A stretch of 64,000 bases of DNA, taken from the NCBI GenBank assembly GCA_963828525.1, contig CAWHEP010000003.1, positions 64,001 through 128,000 of the forward strand. The letters are read 5' to 3'. This document shows, piece by piece, positions 1 through 10,983 of this stretch. A program made the position numbers and the translations under genes. This DNA is from an uncultured Verrucomicrobiae bacterium (GTDB taxonomy: Bacteria; Verrucomicrobiota; Verrucomicrobiia; Chthoniobacterales; Chthoniobacteraceae). Numbering within the stretch: position 1 is the stretch's first letter; every line of letters starts with the position of its first letter. The notes beneath the pieces are model-generated. The model was not told the DNA's origin, searched no databases, and was given only the letters and a program-made list of their open reading frames with translations.

Positions 1-1055
1 TGCGAAACGACGGCAGAGTGTGGGCGCCAGTTCGAAAGAATGATACTCGCCCCCCGAGCCAAATACCGGACGCTGAACGCGACTACTACCTGGAGCGCAA
101 ATACCCGAGCTATGGCAATCTGGCGGCGCGGGACATCTCTTCACGCGCCGCAAAGGAGGCGTGTGATGATGGAAGGGGCGTCGGTCCTGGCGGCCTTGGC
201 GTCTACCTCGATTTCGCGGATTCCATCAAGCGGCTGGGCGTGAACGTGATTCGGGAGCGGTACGGGAACCTGTTCGACATGTATCACAAAATCACCAACG
301 AGGACGCATACAAGGCGCCGATGCGCATCTATCCCGCGGTGCATTACACCATGGGCGGTCTCTGGGTGGACTACAATCTCATGAGTAACATCCCCGGCTT
401 GCACGTGCTCGGGGAAGCTAATTTTTCCGATCATGGAGCCAACCGCCTCGGCGCGAGCGCCCTCATGCAGGGCCTGGCGGACGGATACTTTGTTTTGCCA
501 AACACAATCGGCGGCTATCTTGCCACGCAGGCGGGCAGGAAAGTAACAACCGCTGATCCCGCGTTCAAGAAAGCGGGAGAGGATGCGCGCTCCCGTTTGA
601 CGAAGCTTTTGAAGATCAAAGGAAAACGCACGGTGGATTCATTCCACAGGGAACTCGGCCTCCTTTTATGGGATAAATGCGGCATGTCGCGCAATGAGGC
701 GGGTCTGAAAGAGGCGATAACCCGCGTGGCGGAGATAAGGGAGGAGTTTTGGCAGAACGCGAATGTCCCGGGCGAGAATGAGGAACTCAACCAGTCGCTG
801 GAGAAAGCGGGCCGGGTCGCGGACTTCCTGGAATTCGCGGAACTGATGTGCCGGGACGCGTTGAGCAGGAACGAGTCGTGCGGAGGCCATTTCAGGGAAG
901 AATTCCAGACTGCTGATGGTGAGGCAAAACGCGACGACGAGAATTACGCTTATGTTTCGGCATGGGAATGGTCTGGCAATGACAGTGAACCGATCCTCCA
1001 CAAGGAGCCTCTGGATTTTGAGAGCGTTCATCTCGCGCAAAGGAGTTACAAGTAG
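1..1055 (+). CDS. sdhA: Succinate dehydrogenase/fumarate reductase flavoprotein subunit (5' part outside window)
   Basis: Motifs [24 protein letters not shown] and [11 protein letters not shown]. The frame is open from the window edge (RNDGRVW). Confidence 0.95.
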   Translation, partial: RNDGRVWAPVRKNDTRPPSQIPDAERDYYLERKYPSYGNLAARDISSRAAKEACDDGRGVGPGGLGVYLDFADSIKRLGVNVIRERYGNLFDMYHKITNEDAYKAPMRIYPAVHYTMGGLWVDYNLMSNIPGLHVLGEANFSDHGANRLGASALMQGLADGYFVLPNTIGGYLATQAGRKVTTADPAFKKAGEDARSRLTKLLKIKGKRTVDSFHRELGLLLWDKCGMSRNEAGLKEAITRVAEIREEFWQNANVPGENEELNQSLEKAGRVADFLEFAELMCRDALSRNESCGGHFREEFQTADGEAKRDDENYAYVSAWEWSGNDSEPILHKEPLDFESVHLAQRSYK

Positions 1056-1808
1056 GTGAACTTCAAACTCAAAGTTTGGCGACAGCCGAACGGCAGCGCG
1101 AAAGGCCGCCTTGTGGATTACCCCGCTGAGAATATCCCCGAGGAAGCCTCTTTTCTTGAGATGCTGGACATCGTCAACGAAGGTCTGATTCTGAAAGGTG
1201 AATCACCGATCGCGTTCGACCACGACTGCCGGGAAGGGATTTGCGGGATGTGCAGCTTGGTGATTAACGGGATCGCGCACGGTCCAGAGCGCGCCACCAC
1301 GACTTGCCAGCTTTACATGCGTCGCTTCAAGGATGGCCAGACAATATACGTAGAGCCTTTCCGGGCGGGGCAATTCCCCTTGCTCAAGGATCTCATCACC
1401 AATCGGGGAGCGCTGGATCGCATCACGCAGGCCGGAGGATTCATCACGTCGCGCGCGGGCTCGGCGCCGGACGGCAACGCCACTCCCATTCCAAAACAGG
1501 ATGCTGACAGCGCCATGGACGCGGCCGCTTGCATCGGGTGCGGCGCATGCGTGGCGGCGTGCCCTAACTCATCGGCGATGCTCTTCACAGCCGCGAAGGT
1601 CTCCCACTTGGGATTGCTGCCGCAAGGGCAGCCTGAGCGGTCCCGCCGCGTTATGAGCATGGTCCGAGCGATGGACAAAGAGGGTTTTGGCAACTGCTCT
1701 AATCATTACGAGTGCGAGGCCGTCTGCCCCGCCGAGATCAGTGTGGCGTTTATCGCGAGGATGAATCGTGATTATGCCGCCGCCTTGGTGAAAGACAGCA
1801 TCGAATAA
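1056..1808 (+). CDS. sdhB: Succinate dehydrogenase/fumarate reductase iron-sulfur subunit
   Basis: [21 protein letters not shown] and [12 protein letters not shown]e-S motifs. Abuts the sdhA stop codon. Confidence 0.95.
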   Translation: MNFKLKVWRQPNGSAKGRLVDYPAENIPEEASFLEMLDIVNEGLILKGESPIAFDHDCREGICGMCSLVINGIAHGPERATTTCQLYMRRFKDGQTIYVEPFRAGQFPLLKDLITNRGALDRITQAGGFITSRAGSAPDGNATPIPKQDADSAMDAAACIGCGACVAACPNSSAMLFTAAKVSHLGLLPQGQPERSRRVMSMVRAMDKEGFGNCSNHYECEAVCPAEISVAFIARMNRDYAAALVKDSIE

Positions 1809-1819
1809 CTTGTGTTCTT

Positions 1820-2302
1820 CTACGGGACGTCAACGGGCGTTCCGACGACTGGCTCGCCCTTCTTTCCAACAGGCGCTTTCCCTGTGGCCTGGGCGTACAC
1901 CTTGGTCATTATGTCGATGTGAGTGAGGTCTGGCGCGAGGATGGCTTGGGCGCCATCGGTTCGGATCCAGTGGCTGGCGTCAACTTTCTTCCAAAGAGCA
2001 AAAGGCCCGTTTCGGTCGAGAATCGCTTTGCAAACGTCCTCCGTCAGCGGCAGCGGTGGGGCTTCGCGGCGGTAGCCAACGCGACTGGCAATGTCGCCGA
2101 CATAGGTGATGTCTATCAGCCATCCAGAGTGTTTATACAGGGCGGTGTTCAGCTCAAGATCATGCTTCAGGAAAGCACCGTATCTCTCCTCGCACTGCTC
2201 CCGCGAATCACCAAGTCTTCCTTGAGCCGGGGCGCATGCGAGCACCGCGCAGAAGCAGGCCAGCCCGGCCATCCATCGGAACCTCAAATTCGTCGCTCTC
2301 AA
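1820..2302 (-). CDS. Hypothetical exported protein
   Basis: Signal-peptide-like N-terminus (WMAGLACFCAVLACAPAQG). TTG start overlaps the rng stop by 4 nt. Confidence 0.6.
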   Translation of the reverse strand: MRATNLRFRWMAGLACFCAVLACAPAQGRLGDSREQCEERYGAFLKHDLELNTALYKHSGWLIDITYVGDIASRVGYRREAPPLPLTEDVCKAILDRNGPFALWKKVDASHWIRTDGAQAILAPDLTHIDIMTKVYAQATGKAPVGKKGEPVVGTPVDVP

Positions 2303-3882
2303 GGCTTCAACTCCGTCCCGGTGGCAGAATCGCTGATGAGGAATTGTTCGTGGTGGTAGGTGGAGTCGGATTTGAATATGAGCCGTCCGGCGTATTTGCG
2401 CTCGATCTCGACCAGCAACTCTTCATCCTCGGTCCTTAGTCTTTGCAATAAGTGGGGGCTGACCACCACTTTTATGTCGTGGATGGTCTCCTGGTGCTTT
2501 CGCATAACCGCGTGGAGCGTGCGTTGGAGTTCCACGCTCATCGTCATGGCGCTCTTTACGATGCCTTTCCCGCTGCAGTATGGGCAGTTTTCGTAAATTG
2601 AACCGCTCAGACTCTCCTGGGCGCGCTGGCGCGTCATCTCCATGAGACCGAGTTGCGAGATCGGGAGGACATGGCTCTTTGCCTTGTCCCGCTTCAGCCG
2701 CTCTTTCATGCGCGAATAGACCAGCTGTTGGTCGCGCCGGCTCTTCATGTCGATGAAGTCGCCGATGATAAGACCGCCGATATTCCTCAATCGCAACTGG
2801 CGGGCGATCTCGTCCACAGCCTCCAAATTTGTTTGAAGGATCGTCTTCTCGACATCCTTCGCGCCTTTGTTTCGGCCTGTGTTCACGTCGATGGCTATGA
2901 GGGCCTCCGTCTCATCAATCACGATATACCCGCCGCACTTCAGCCAGACTTGCCGGTGAAAAGCGTCGTCAATCTGTTTCTGAACACCATAGCGCTCAAA
3001 GATAGGGGTTGGCTCGGAATACAGCGTCACCCGGTTGCTTGATCGCCGGGAGATTTGGCCAATGAGGGCGCGCATCCGGTCCACGGCCGCCTGATCATCG
3101 CAGACCACCGCTTCGATCTCGTCAGTCAGAAAATCCCGAACCGTGCGATCAATGAGATCAGGCTCGCGGAATACACAACACGGAGCGGGCTTCTCCTTCA
3201 TATTGAGTTCAATGCGCGCCCACTGCTCAAGAAGCAGACTGAGATCGCGGACGAAGTAGCGCGCTCGCTGCCCCTCCCCGACCGTGCGCACAATCACTCC
3301 CATTCCATCGGGCACCTCAAGTTCCTTAAGAATCTTGCGAAGACGCTCACGTTCCTTGGGCGACTCGATCTTGCGCGAAATTCCACTTTGTCCGCCGAAG
3401 GGCATAAGGACGAGGTACCGTCCGGCAAGGCTGATGTTTGTGGTGATGCGCGGACCCTTTGTGCTGATAGGCCCCTTGGTGACGTAAACCAGCACTTCGG
3501 ATCCCACGGGATATATCTGTGGAATGTCCTTGGCTGTGATTCGTTTTTTGTTCTTATCGCCGCCCGGGCGATCCACCTCCTCGACGCCACTGTCGAGCGC
3601 GAGAGGCAGGGCGTCCCAAAAATGTAGGAACGCGTTCTTTTCGAATCCAATATCCACGAACATCGCCTTCAGGCCATGCTCGATATTTTTTACCCGGCCC
3701 TTGAAAATGCTGCCGACAATATTGCGGTCGGTCTCGCGCTCGATGTTGTACTCTTCGAGCTGCCCATTTTCCAGGAGCGCTACGCGTCTCTCAAGTTTTT
3801 CGCAGTTGATTACAAGTTTGTTCCCGGTCTGCCGGGGAGAGATTCCTAACATTCGCTTTACTTTCTCGATCATTAAATTCAT
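2299..3882 (-). CDS. rng: Ribonuclease E/G family endoribonuclease
   Basis: S1 domain (GRVKNI..AMFVDIG), AIDVNTG, IARQLRLRNIGGLIIGDFIDM and the CPYC.G Zn-link. No long C-terminal scaffold. Confidence 0.92.
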   Translation of the reverse strand: MNLMIEKVKRMLGISPRQTGNKLVINCEKLERRVALLENGQLEEYNIERETDRNIVGSIFKGRVKNIEHGLKAMFVDIGFEKNAFLHFWDALPLALDSGVEEVDRPGGDKNKKRITAKDIPQIYPVGSEVLVYVTKGPISTKGPRITTNISLAGRYLVLMPFGGQSGISRKIESPKERERLRKILKELEVPDGMGVIVRTVGEGQRARYFVRDLSLLLEQWARIELNMKEKPAPCCVFREPDLIDRTVRDFLTDEIEAVVCDDQAAVDRMRALIGQISRRSSNRVTLYSEPTPIFERYGVQKQIDDAFHRQVWLKCGGYIVIDETEALIAIDVNTGRNKGAKDVEKTILQTNLEAVDEIARQLRLRNIGGLIIGDFIDMKSRRDQQLVYSRMKERLKRDKAKSHVLPISQLGLMEMTRQRAQESLSGSIYENCPYCSGKGIVKSAMTMSVELQRTLHAVMRKHQETIHDIKVVVSPHLLQRLRTEDEELLVEIERKYAGRLIFKSDSTYHHEQFLISDSATGTELKP

Positions 3883-3911
3883 GCCTCATACGTTGATGCT
3901 GCCTACTCCGG

Positions 3912-6173
3912 TCAGTGCGCGCCTGAATGCGCGGCAGGGGCGGGGTTGGCAGCGGGTTTTGACTTCGTTCCAAACCATCTTTGGAAAATGTTTCTTCTAT
4001 CGGGTGGCGGTGTCGCCGCGGGCTGTCCGGGCTGCCCCTTCCGATGCACCCTTCCCTGGGCGTCGGGTGTCTGTCTGATCTCGGGCCTGGCCGAAACCTT
4101 GGATTCCTGCGGCTCATCCGCCGCCTGGCTGTTATCTGGAGACTCTTCATCCGCTGGCACCTCCACTGCGGGGCCCGCGTTCTTATAGTCTATCTTAGGC
4201 AACATTTGAAAGGGATTCTGTTTGTGCGCTGGCGTTAGCGACGCCAGCGGGACGGTGTAGGCGCCCGCGTCCATCGCCAGACATTGCTCCAGAATCCTCG
4301 TGGCAATCGGCGCGGCAACCGTCCCGCCGTGCTCGCCGCCTTGAACCATTACCGTCATTGCATACTTGGGATGGTCGTACGGAGCGAAGCACGTGAACCA
4401 TGCAATCGTATCTTTCTTGCCGTTCAACATTGCCTGAGCTGTGCCAGTTTTGCCGGCGACCTGCACATTCTTGATACGCCCGGAGGCTCCGGTGCCGCCT
4501 GCCTCATTGACCACTTTCCACAGACCGTGGCGGACCAGCTCGATCTGTTGCTGGGTAAAGTCTTTGCGCAAGTCCGCCCGAATGCGCGGCGTAGTCGGGA
4601 CCGCCAGGTTCCCATCCTCATCCACCGCCGGTTTCCCTTCAGGCGTGAGCACTTTGTCGATCAGCCGCGGATAGTAGGCGATCCCTCCGTTTGCGACAGT
4701 GGCAGCGACCATCGCCGACTGCAACGGAGTCACAAGGTCGTACCCCTGCCCGATCGACACATTTGCGGTATGCGCGGGACTCCATTTTTCCTGAGGATGA
4801 TGGGCAGTCATCCACACAGGACCTGGCAGCTCGCCGGGCGACTCATCGGTGAGCTCCACCCCGGATTTCGTGCCCAGCCCAAGCATTTTCCCTGTGTCGT
4901 CTATCGCCTGAATGCCCGCCGCATTCCCGTATTGGTAGAAGAACGCGTTACACGAAACCTTGATCGCCTCCGAGAGGCTAAGCGTGCCGTGGGCCCCTCC
5001 CTTTTCCGCGATCCAGCACTTAAAGTAGTGATTTCCATAAGACACTCCTCCCGTGCAGGTGAACTGTTTGTTTGCAAGGCCTTTCCGCAGGCCAGCAAGG
5101 GACGTTACGATTTTGAAGGTTGATCCCGGGGGGAAGGCGCTGATTGCCCGATTGACGAGCGGGTTTGCTTTGTCATCCACAAGGGTAGACCAATCCTTTG
5201 CAGAGATGCTCGGGATAAAGGTGTTCGGATCGTACGAGGGGACCGATGCCATCGCTAGGATGTTACCATTATTCGGGTCCACCATCACAACGGCTGCTCG
5301 CCCCGCCGCGCGCAGAGCTTCTTCCACGATATATTGGATGCGGGCGTCGATAGTGAGGTAGACGTTATCGCCTGGCTTCGGAGGTTCCCGGCTGCTTTCT
5401 CCTTCGATCACGTTCTTCACGCTGCGCTGAAGGACACGCTTGCCCGGGCTTCCCCTAAGGTACTTGTCCATGTAAAGTTCCACCTGCGATTTGCCCTCCA
5501 CATCAGGCTGGTAAAAGTTGAATTGGCGGGCGTCCGGGAGTTTGTCGATGTCCAGTGGCGATCCGACATACCCAAGAAGATGCGCCGCGAGCGCTCCATA
5601 CAGGTATTGTCTTACAGGCTTCGGAGAAATATCCACGCCCGGCAAACCAACGTCGTGCTCACAGAATTTAGCGATCGTGGGAAAGTCTATGTCTTCTAGA
5701 TAGGTGAAGGGCACCTGGTCTTCGATCCGGTAGTGCCTCTGCAGGGAATCGGCGCTGTAATCCTTTGCAAGATCAAGATCCTCCAGCCGGGGAATGACTG
5801 CCGTGTTCACGATCTGCACGATGTTCGCGATCTCATGCTTGGCCATCATCCCTTTCACGGGAGCGTAGAATGTGACTTTCGGCGGCGCCCCTATCTTTTG
5901 TTTGTAGCCGCGCACCATGTCCGGCAGGTAAAAGTCCACCTCGTAACTCGCGCGGTTCGTCACGAGGGTCAGTCCGTTGCGGTCGCGAATCTCCCCGCGA
6001 ACCGATGGGATGCGGACGGTGACTTGTGTTCGGGAACCGATTTTCTTCGTCCACTCCGCGCCGTGAGCAACTTGCACCCACCAGAGGCGCGCGACGATTC
6101 CAAATACGCCACAGAGGATGAGCAGAGCCAGAACGTGGATGCGCAACTCGATGCTGACTCTTCGCCTGGCCAT
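3912..6173 (-). CDS. mrdA: Penicillin-binding protein 2
   Basis: N-terminal TM, RGEIRDRNG, SxxK (PGSTFK), SxN (SCN) and KTG (GKTGTAQ). Start placed at ATG 6173, just after the mreD stop. Confidence 0.92.
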   Translation of the reverse strand: MARRRVSIELRIHVLALLILCGVFGIVARLWWVQVAHGAEWTKKIGSRTQVTVRIPSVRGEIRDRNGLTLVTNRASYEVDFYLPDMVRGYKQKIGAPPKVTFYAPVKGMMAKHEIANIVQIVNTAVIPRLEDLDLAKDYSADSLQRHYRIEDQVPFTYLEDIDFPTIAKFCEHDVGLPGVDISPKPVRQYLYGALAAHLLGYVGSPLDIDKLPDARQFNFYQPDVEGKSQVELYMDKYLRGSPGKRVLQRSVKNVIEGESSREPPKPGDNVYLTIDARIQYIVEEALRAAGRAAVVMVDPNNGNILAMASVPSYDPNTFIPSISAKDWSTLVDDKANPLVNRAISAFPPGSTFKIVTSLAGLRKGLANKQFTCTGGVSYGNHYFKCWIAEKGGAHGTLSLSEAIKVSCNAFFYQYGNAAGIQAIDDTGKMLGLGTKSGVELTDESPGELPGPVWMTAHHPQEKWSPAHTANVSIGQGYDLVTPLQSAMVAATVANGGIAYYPRLIDKVLTPEGKPAVDEDGNLAVPTTPRIRADLRKDFTQQQIELVRHGLWKVVNEAGGTGASGRIKNVQVAGKTGTAQAMLNGKKDTIAWFTCFAPYDHPKYAMTVMVQGGEHGGTVAAPIATRILEQCLAMDAGAYTVPLASLTPAHKQNPFQMLPKIDYKNAGPAVEVPADEESPDNSQAADEPQESKVSARPEIRQTPDAQGRVHRKGQPGQPAATPPPDRRNIFQRWFGTKSKPAANPAPAAHSGAH

Positions 6174-6174
6174 G

Positions 6175-6750
6175 CTAGTCAGCCGTCCTTTTCGCGTGGT
6201 GCGGGTTAAAACCCACCAGAGTAGCCACGAAGTTGAGCAAAAAGAAAAACACTGGAGAAAGAAGGATCGCCATAAGTCCAGCCCCACCCACTCGCCACCA
6301 GACCTCGTTTGAGAAGAAGGGCTCGCCTCGGCGGAAGGTTATCATCAAGAACTCCGCCAGAACGATCAAGGACGTGCAGACACCGCTCAGGAGGCAATGA
6401 ATTTCCCACCTGCCGCGCTGGAACAAAGGGCGGAAGCCACTCATGATGGAGCCGAGCGCCGCATAGAGGATTATTGACCATCCGAGGGAGATTTCAACAT
6501 TGGAAGCCACTGGCAGGCCTGTGGCGAAGTCCCTCACGAAACTAATTTGCGCCGTCATGGCGTCCCACATGAAGCCCGACGCGAAAGCAAGAATAAGCAT
6601 TGCCCAGAACGGAAACGCGAGCGCTCCGTAAAAAAGAACAATGGGCATGAGAAGAACTCTAGCTCCGTGGAGCCACTCCATAGGAGCGATAAACTGCTGG
6701 CCGATAAGCGACAGCAACAGAGATCCTAGCAGGACAAGAAAGAAGATCAT
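6175..6750 (-). CDS. mreD: MreD-like rod shape membrane protein
   Basis: Multi-TM protein between mreC and mrdA with a GFMWD motif. The call rests mainly on synteny. Confidence 0.7.
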   Translation of the reverse strand: MIFFLVLLGSLLLSLIGQQFIAPMEWLHGARVLLMPIVLFYGALAFPFWAMLILAFASGFMWDAMTAQISFVRDFATGLPVASNVEISLGWSIILYAALGSIMSGFRPLFQRGRWEIHCLLSGVCTSLIVLAEFLMITFRRGEPFFSNEVWWRVGGAGLMAILLSPVFFFLLNFVATLVGFNPHHAKRTAD

Positions 6751-7550
6751 CTTTTGCCAAAAACCACGAAGACATCTTCGATGGTGGAAAGATCGACTGC
6801 GGGGATGATTGTAGCGTAACCGTCGAGTTCACGCTTCTTGAACTCCTTGATTACCCCAATGAAGATGCCGGGCGGGAAGACGGTTCCAGCGCCCGAAGTA
6901 AAAACTTTCTGACCGGGTTTCAGGTCGGCGTCTTTTGACAGGAAAATCAGGCTGATTTGGGGCTGCACGTTGCTGGATGTCCTTTCCCCTTTTACGATCC
7001 CCTGCCAGTGCGTGCCTTCCACGGTCGCTCCAACCTTGCAGCTTTCATCAGAGATCAGGACGACCGTCGCGGAATTGCCAGCCACGGTGGTTGTCTTGCC
7101 GACGAGCCCGTCCTCGGTCAGCACCGGCATGTCAATCTCGACTCCATCTTCGACCCCGCGGTCTATTCTGATCGTGTTCCACCACGTCGAGGAATCACGG
7201 GCGATGATCCGGGCGGGCACCAGATTGAAAGCCGCTCGTTCGCGATATTCCAGAGCATGACGAAGCCTGTTGTTCTCCTGTTCGATGTCCCGGAGTGTCT
7301 GATTTATGGCTTTAAGCTCCTTATTCTCTACCAGGAGCGCTTTGTTATCCTGTTCCAGCTGGGTGAGGGTCTTCAAGCCTTCATGGAAGGCGACGACGCG
7401 CTGTTGCACCGACGAGCCTGTTTTTAGGAAGGGAGAAATCATTCCAAGGAACGCGGACTGCACCTTTTGCGTGTTGCGCGGACTTAGCGCGAGCAAGCCG
7501 CCGACAGCACAGACAAAGATAACAAGCGCCGCAATGTTATAACGGCGCAT
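6747..7550 (-). CDS. mreC: Rod shape-determining protein MreC
   Basis: TM plus coiled coil (ENNRLRHALEY), IDRG..DGV, GLVGK and TSGAGTVFPPGIFIG. Confidence 0.92.
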   Translation of the reverse strand: MRRYNIAALVIFVCAVGGLLALSPRNTQKVQSAFLGMISPFLKTGSSVQQRVVAFHEGLKTLTQLEQDNKALLVENKELKAINQTLRDIEQENNRLRHALEYRERAAFNLVPARIIARDSSTWWNTIRIDRGVEDGVEIDMPVLTEDGLVGKTTTVAGNSATVVLISDESCKVGATVEGTHWQGIVKGERTSSNVQPQISLIFLSKDADLKPGQKVFTSGAGTVFPPGIFIGVIKEFKKRELDGYATIIPAVDLSTIEDVFVVFGKR

Positions 7551-7639
7551 GCGCGGCGATCCCCGGTTTGTGTGCCGGCGACCTTGAAGGGTTTAAATCT
7601 CTCACTGCTGCGGAACCGGCGCTACCGGTCGAAAGGCCG

Positions 7640-8677
7640 TTAACGCCATTGACGGTCCGTCGTCGCAACCTGCTTGAGAAACTTGATCTCGCTGAGCGCC
7701 CGTCCGGTGCCCTCCGCAACAGCGCTCAGCGGGTCTTCGGCAACATGCACGGGCAGGCCAGTCTCCTCTGTCAGGAGTTTGTCGAGCCCTCGAAGCAAGG
7801 CGCCGCCACCCGCGAGCACCAATCCTCTATCCACCAAATCCGCGGAGAGCTCGGGTGGGCAGCGCTCCAACGTGACGCGGACAGAATCAACGATAGTGGA
7901 AATCGGTTCGAGCAATGCCTCCCGGACTTCCTGAGAGGTGATTGAGAGAGTTTTCGGGAGACCAGCGACGAGATCACGCCCCTTTACCTCCATCGTTGTC
8001 TCTTTTTCAATTGGGTAAGCGGAGCCTATCTTGATCTTGATCTCCTCGGCGGTGCGTTCCCCGATCATCAGGTTGTAAGCTCTCTTCATGTACTGGATGA
8101 TTGCTTCATCCAGCTCATCGCCGGCCACCCTGACGCTGCGGCTGAACACGATTCCCGACAATGAAATAAGGGCTACTTCGGTAGTGCCGCCGCCGATGTC
8201 GATTATCATGTTGCCGGCAGCATCCTGGACGGGGAGACCGACGCCAATCGCGGCGGCCATCGGTTCCTCAATGAGATACACTTCGCGAGCGCCCGCTCTT
8301 GTCGCGGAATCCTTGACCGCGCGCTTTTCGACTTCTGTGATACCAGAAGGGACAGCGATCACTACCCGGGGCCGAACCATCTTCCGGCGGTTGTGCACTT
8401 TGCTGATGAAATGCCGGAGCATTGCTTCGGTTACTTCAAAGTCCGCGATAACCCCATCCTTCAGCGGACGAATCGCCACTATATTCCCGGGTGTCCGCCC
8501 AAGCATCCGCTTGGCTTCGTCTCCTACGGCGAGAACTTTGTTGGTGCCTGCCTGAACAGCGACGACGGACGGTTCACGTAGAACAATCCCGTGGTCGCGC
8601 ACGTAAACAAGGGTATTGGCAGTACCCAGATCAATGCCGATGTCATTTGAAAAAAGACCAAAAAGCCCGTTAAACAT
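7640..8677 (-). CDS. mreB: Rod shape-determining protein MreB
   Basis: [26 protein letters not shown] and GGGALL actin-fold motifs. Confidence 0.97.
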   Translation of the reverse strand: MFNGLFGLFSNDIGIDLGTANTLVYVRDHGIVLREPSVVAVQAGTNKVLAVGDEAKRMLGRTPGNIVAIRPLKDGVIADFEVTEAMLRHFISKVHNRRKMVRPRVVIAVPSGITEVEKRAVKDSATRAGAREVYLIEEPMAAAIGVGLPVQDAAGNMIIDIGGGTTEVALISLSGIVFSRSVRVAGDELDEAIIQYMKRAYNLMIGERTAEEIKIKIGSAYPIEKETTMEVKGRDLVAGLPKTLSITSQEVREALLEPISTIVDSVRVTLERCPPELSADLVDRGLVLAGGGALLRGLDKLLTEETGLPVHVAEDPLSAVAEGTGRALSEIKFLKQVATTDRQWR

Positions 8678-8853
8678 TCAGAAAACCTCTTCTTTGATTG
8701 TGAAATAGATACACGATTCTCAATGACCGTCCGCAAAAATCTCAGCGCTGCCGGGAACAATAGTCGCTTCCCTTTTGAAGGGGTGAGAACTCGCGTCATC
8801 GGAAGCGCCAGTTATGTAGAAAGACGCCATTACGGTAGTCAAGGGAAAGATGG

Positions 8854-9792
8854 GTGTTCCATAGCGGAATGACAAGACTCCGTCCAGAGGGAAACGCAAC
8901 AGGTATGCGAGAGGACAGCGTCCCTCGACGCTTTTGGCCCGCGATTCGAGGTGGGGCGGCTGCGGTGCAGACCCTCAGTGTCTACGGGGCCGCGGCGATC
9001 GCGAGCTTCGGATGGGCTTTGGGCAAACTGCTCCACTTCGAGACTGCCCGCTATATTCCGCTTTGGTTTTCGGCGGCTCTCTTCGTTTATAACGTCGATC
9101 GCATCAGGTCCGATCCGGCCGACTCTGTGAACATCCCGCGACGCCATCGCGAGAGCATCCGTCTGCGAGGGGTCGCCACAGGAGTCGTCATCGGGTCTGG
9201 TTGCGCGCTTGTATTGATTCCGCTCCTCACCCAGGACTGGATGACGCTCGGACTTGCGGTGTGTGGAAGCGCAGTCTGCCTGAACTACTCCGTTCCTCTG
9301 CTGGGCTCGCGCTTGAAGGATATCCCGCTGCTCAAGACGTTTTTTGCGCCAACGCTGGTTTCTGCCGCCTTCTTTGGCCTCCCGCTCTTGCATCATAGAT
9401 TGACGCTGGCATCCTCGTTTCCACGCTATGTCGCCGCCTGGACATGGATGTTTCTCCTCTTCAATATGATCCTGTGCGACCTGAGAGACATCAAGGGTGA
9501 TAAGCGCGAGCGAACACTGAGCGTTCCGGTTGTGCTCGGCGCAAGGCGCACCTTTTGGGTCCTTTGCAGTATTCTCGTGCTGCTGTGCGTAATGAGCGTC
9601 GCAGCCGCGCGGGGAACTCCCATGGATCGAGAACGCGATTGCGCATTCATTTCCTTCGCGTCTCTCGCGTACTTGTCCATCCTGGCCATTGCCGCGCGTA
9701 AGACGAGGTCGGAAGCCTTTTACGAGTGGTGTGTCGAGGGAATGATTTTCCTCCCTGCCGTGTTGACTCTGGTGTCTGAAATCAGACTCTAA
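8854..9792 (+). CDS. UbiA-family intramembrane prenyltransferase (start uncertain)
   Basis: Multi-TM protein with Asp-rich motifs YNVDRIRSD and DLRDIKGD. Confidence 0.75.
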   Translation: MFHSGMTRLRPEGNATGMREDSVPRRFWPAIRGGAAAVQTLSVYGAAAIASFGWALGKLLHFETARYIPLWFSAALFVYNVDRIRSDPADSVNIPRRHRESIRLRGVATGVVIGSGCALVLIPLLTQDWMTLGLAVCGSAVCLNYSVPLLGSRLKDIPLLKTFFAPTLVSAAFFGLPLLHHRLTLASSFPRYVAAWTWMFLLFNMILCDLRDIKGDKRERTLSVPVVLGARRTFWVLCSILVLLCVMSVAAARGTPMDRERDCAFISFASLAYLSILAIAARKTRSEAFYEWCVEGMIFLPAVLTLVSEIRL

Positions 9793-9900
9793 GGGCCTAT
9801 CCGGCGTGAAAGTACATGACTCGGGCAGTCCAAAACGCCTCGTTGGGACGTAGAACAGGGTGAATTGACTTAAAAGGAACAAGGCCTTTATCTCTTAGTT

Positions 9901-10926
9901 GTGAAATCTTTCACAAACATCGCCAAGAAACCGACTGAGGGTGCTCTGAAGATCAAACAGGCGTTTGAGCTGATCAACACTCAGCTCTACAGCGTAGAGG
10001 AGCGCATCCGAAGCCAGGCGCGTGAATTCGACCCAGCCGTGGATGGGTACATTGCTTATGCTTGTGAAAGCAACGGGAAGAGGTTGCGGCCTGCTCTCGC
10101 TCTCCTCGCGGGTGGCGCGACAGGAAATATTTGTCCAAGTCATCTCGATCTGGCAGTCGTCCTGGAGCTGATCCATGCGGCCACTCTCGTCCACGATGAC
10201 ATCATCGATGGCGCGGACAAGCGGCGGGGGCAGCCCACCGCGAACGCCAAGTGGGGAAACACGATCAGCGTTCTTCTAGGGGACTGCCTCTTCGCGCATG
10301 CCTTGAAGCTCTCGACGAACTTTTCCAACGGCGAGATCAGCCGCCGCATCGCGAGCGCTGCATCGGACGTGTGCTCCGGCGAGATCATTCAAACCCAGCG
10401 CCGGTTCGATCTCAAGCTTGGCCTGGCAGACTATTATAAGATCATCGAAATGAAAACGGCGGCCCTGTTTTCCGCGGCAACAGAGCTGGGCGCCTTCATC
10501 AATGAGGCTTCCCCGGAGATTATCTCCTCCATGAAACTGTTCGGCGCGAAATTCGGCATCGCCTATCAGATCTACGATGATTGCCTGGACATCGCGGGCA
10601 CGGAGAGTTCAGCGGGGAAGACGCTGGGATCCGACTTGCGGAAAGGGAAGCTCACGCTCCCCATACTGCATGTCCTTGCTGTCTCGACCGAGGTTGAACG
10701 CCATGACTTGAGCGCGGCCATCCTCCGCGGGAACGCCGACGACGTTAAAGCGTTGGGCGAGGCTACGTTGCGCGAGGGGGGCCTGGATGCCGCCGTGTCC
10801 GCGGGAGCCAAGCTTCTGCTGGAGGCGGATCACCTGCTTACAGGACTTCCGGCAAGCAGATACCGAGACGGTCTCCGCGATCTCGCGATGTCCCTGAAGG
10901 AGCTGATCGCGAGCTTTACGAGTTGA
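9901..10926 (+). CDS. Trans-polyprenyl diphosphate synthase (IspB/HepT-like)
   Basis: GKRLRP, first DDxxD motif (LVHDDIID), RRG, KTA and second motif QIYDDCLD. Confidence 0.9.
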   Translation: MKSFTNIAKKPTEGALKIKQAFELINTQLYSVEERIRSQAREFDPAVDGYIAYACESNGKRLRPALALLAGGATGNICPSHLDLAVVLELIHAATLVHDDIIDGADKRRGQPTANAKWGNTISVLLGDCLFAHALKLSTNFSNGEISRRIASAASDVCSGEIIQTQRRFDLKLGLADYYKIIEMKTAALFSAATELGAFINEASPEIISSMKLFGAKFGIAYQIYDDCLDIAGTESSAGKTLGSDLRKGKLTLPILHVLAVSTEVERHDLSAAILRGNADDVKALGEATLREGGLDAAVSAGAKLLLEADHLLTGLPASRYRDGLRDLAMSLKELIASFTS

Positions 10927-10983
10927 CGAGAGTTCGCGGGTTCTGCTTGCTTGCCCCTGCCTGAAGCAGGCACGGAGACGTCC

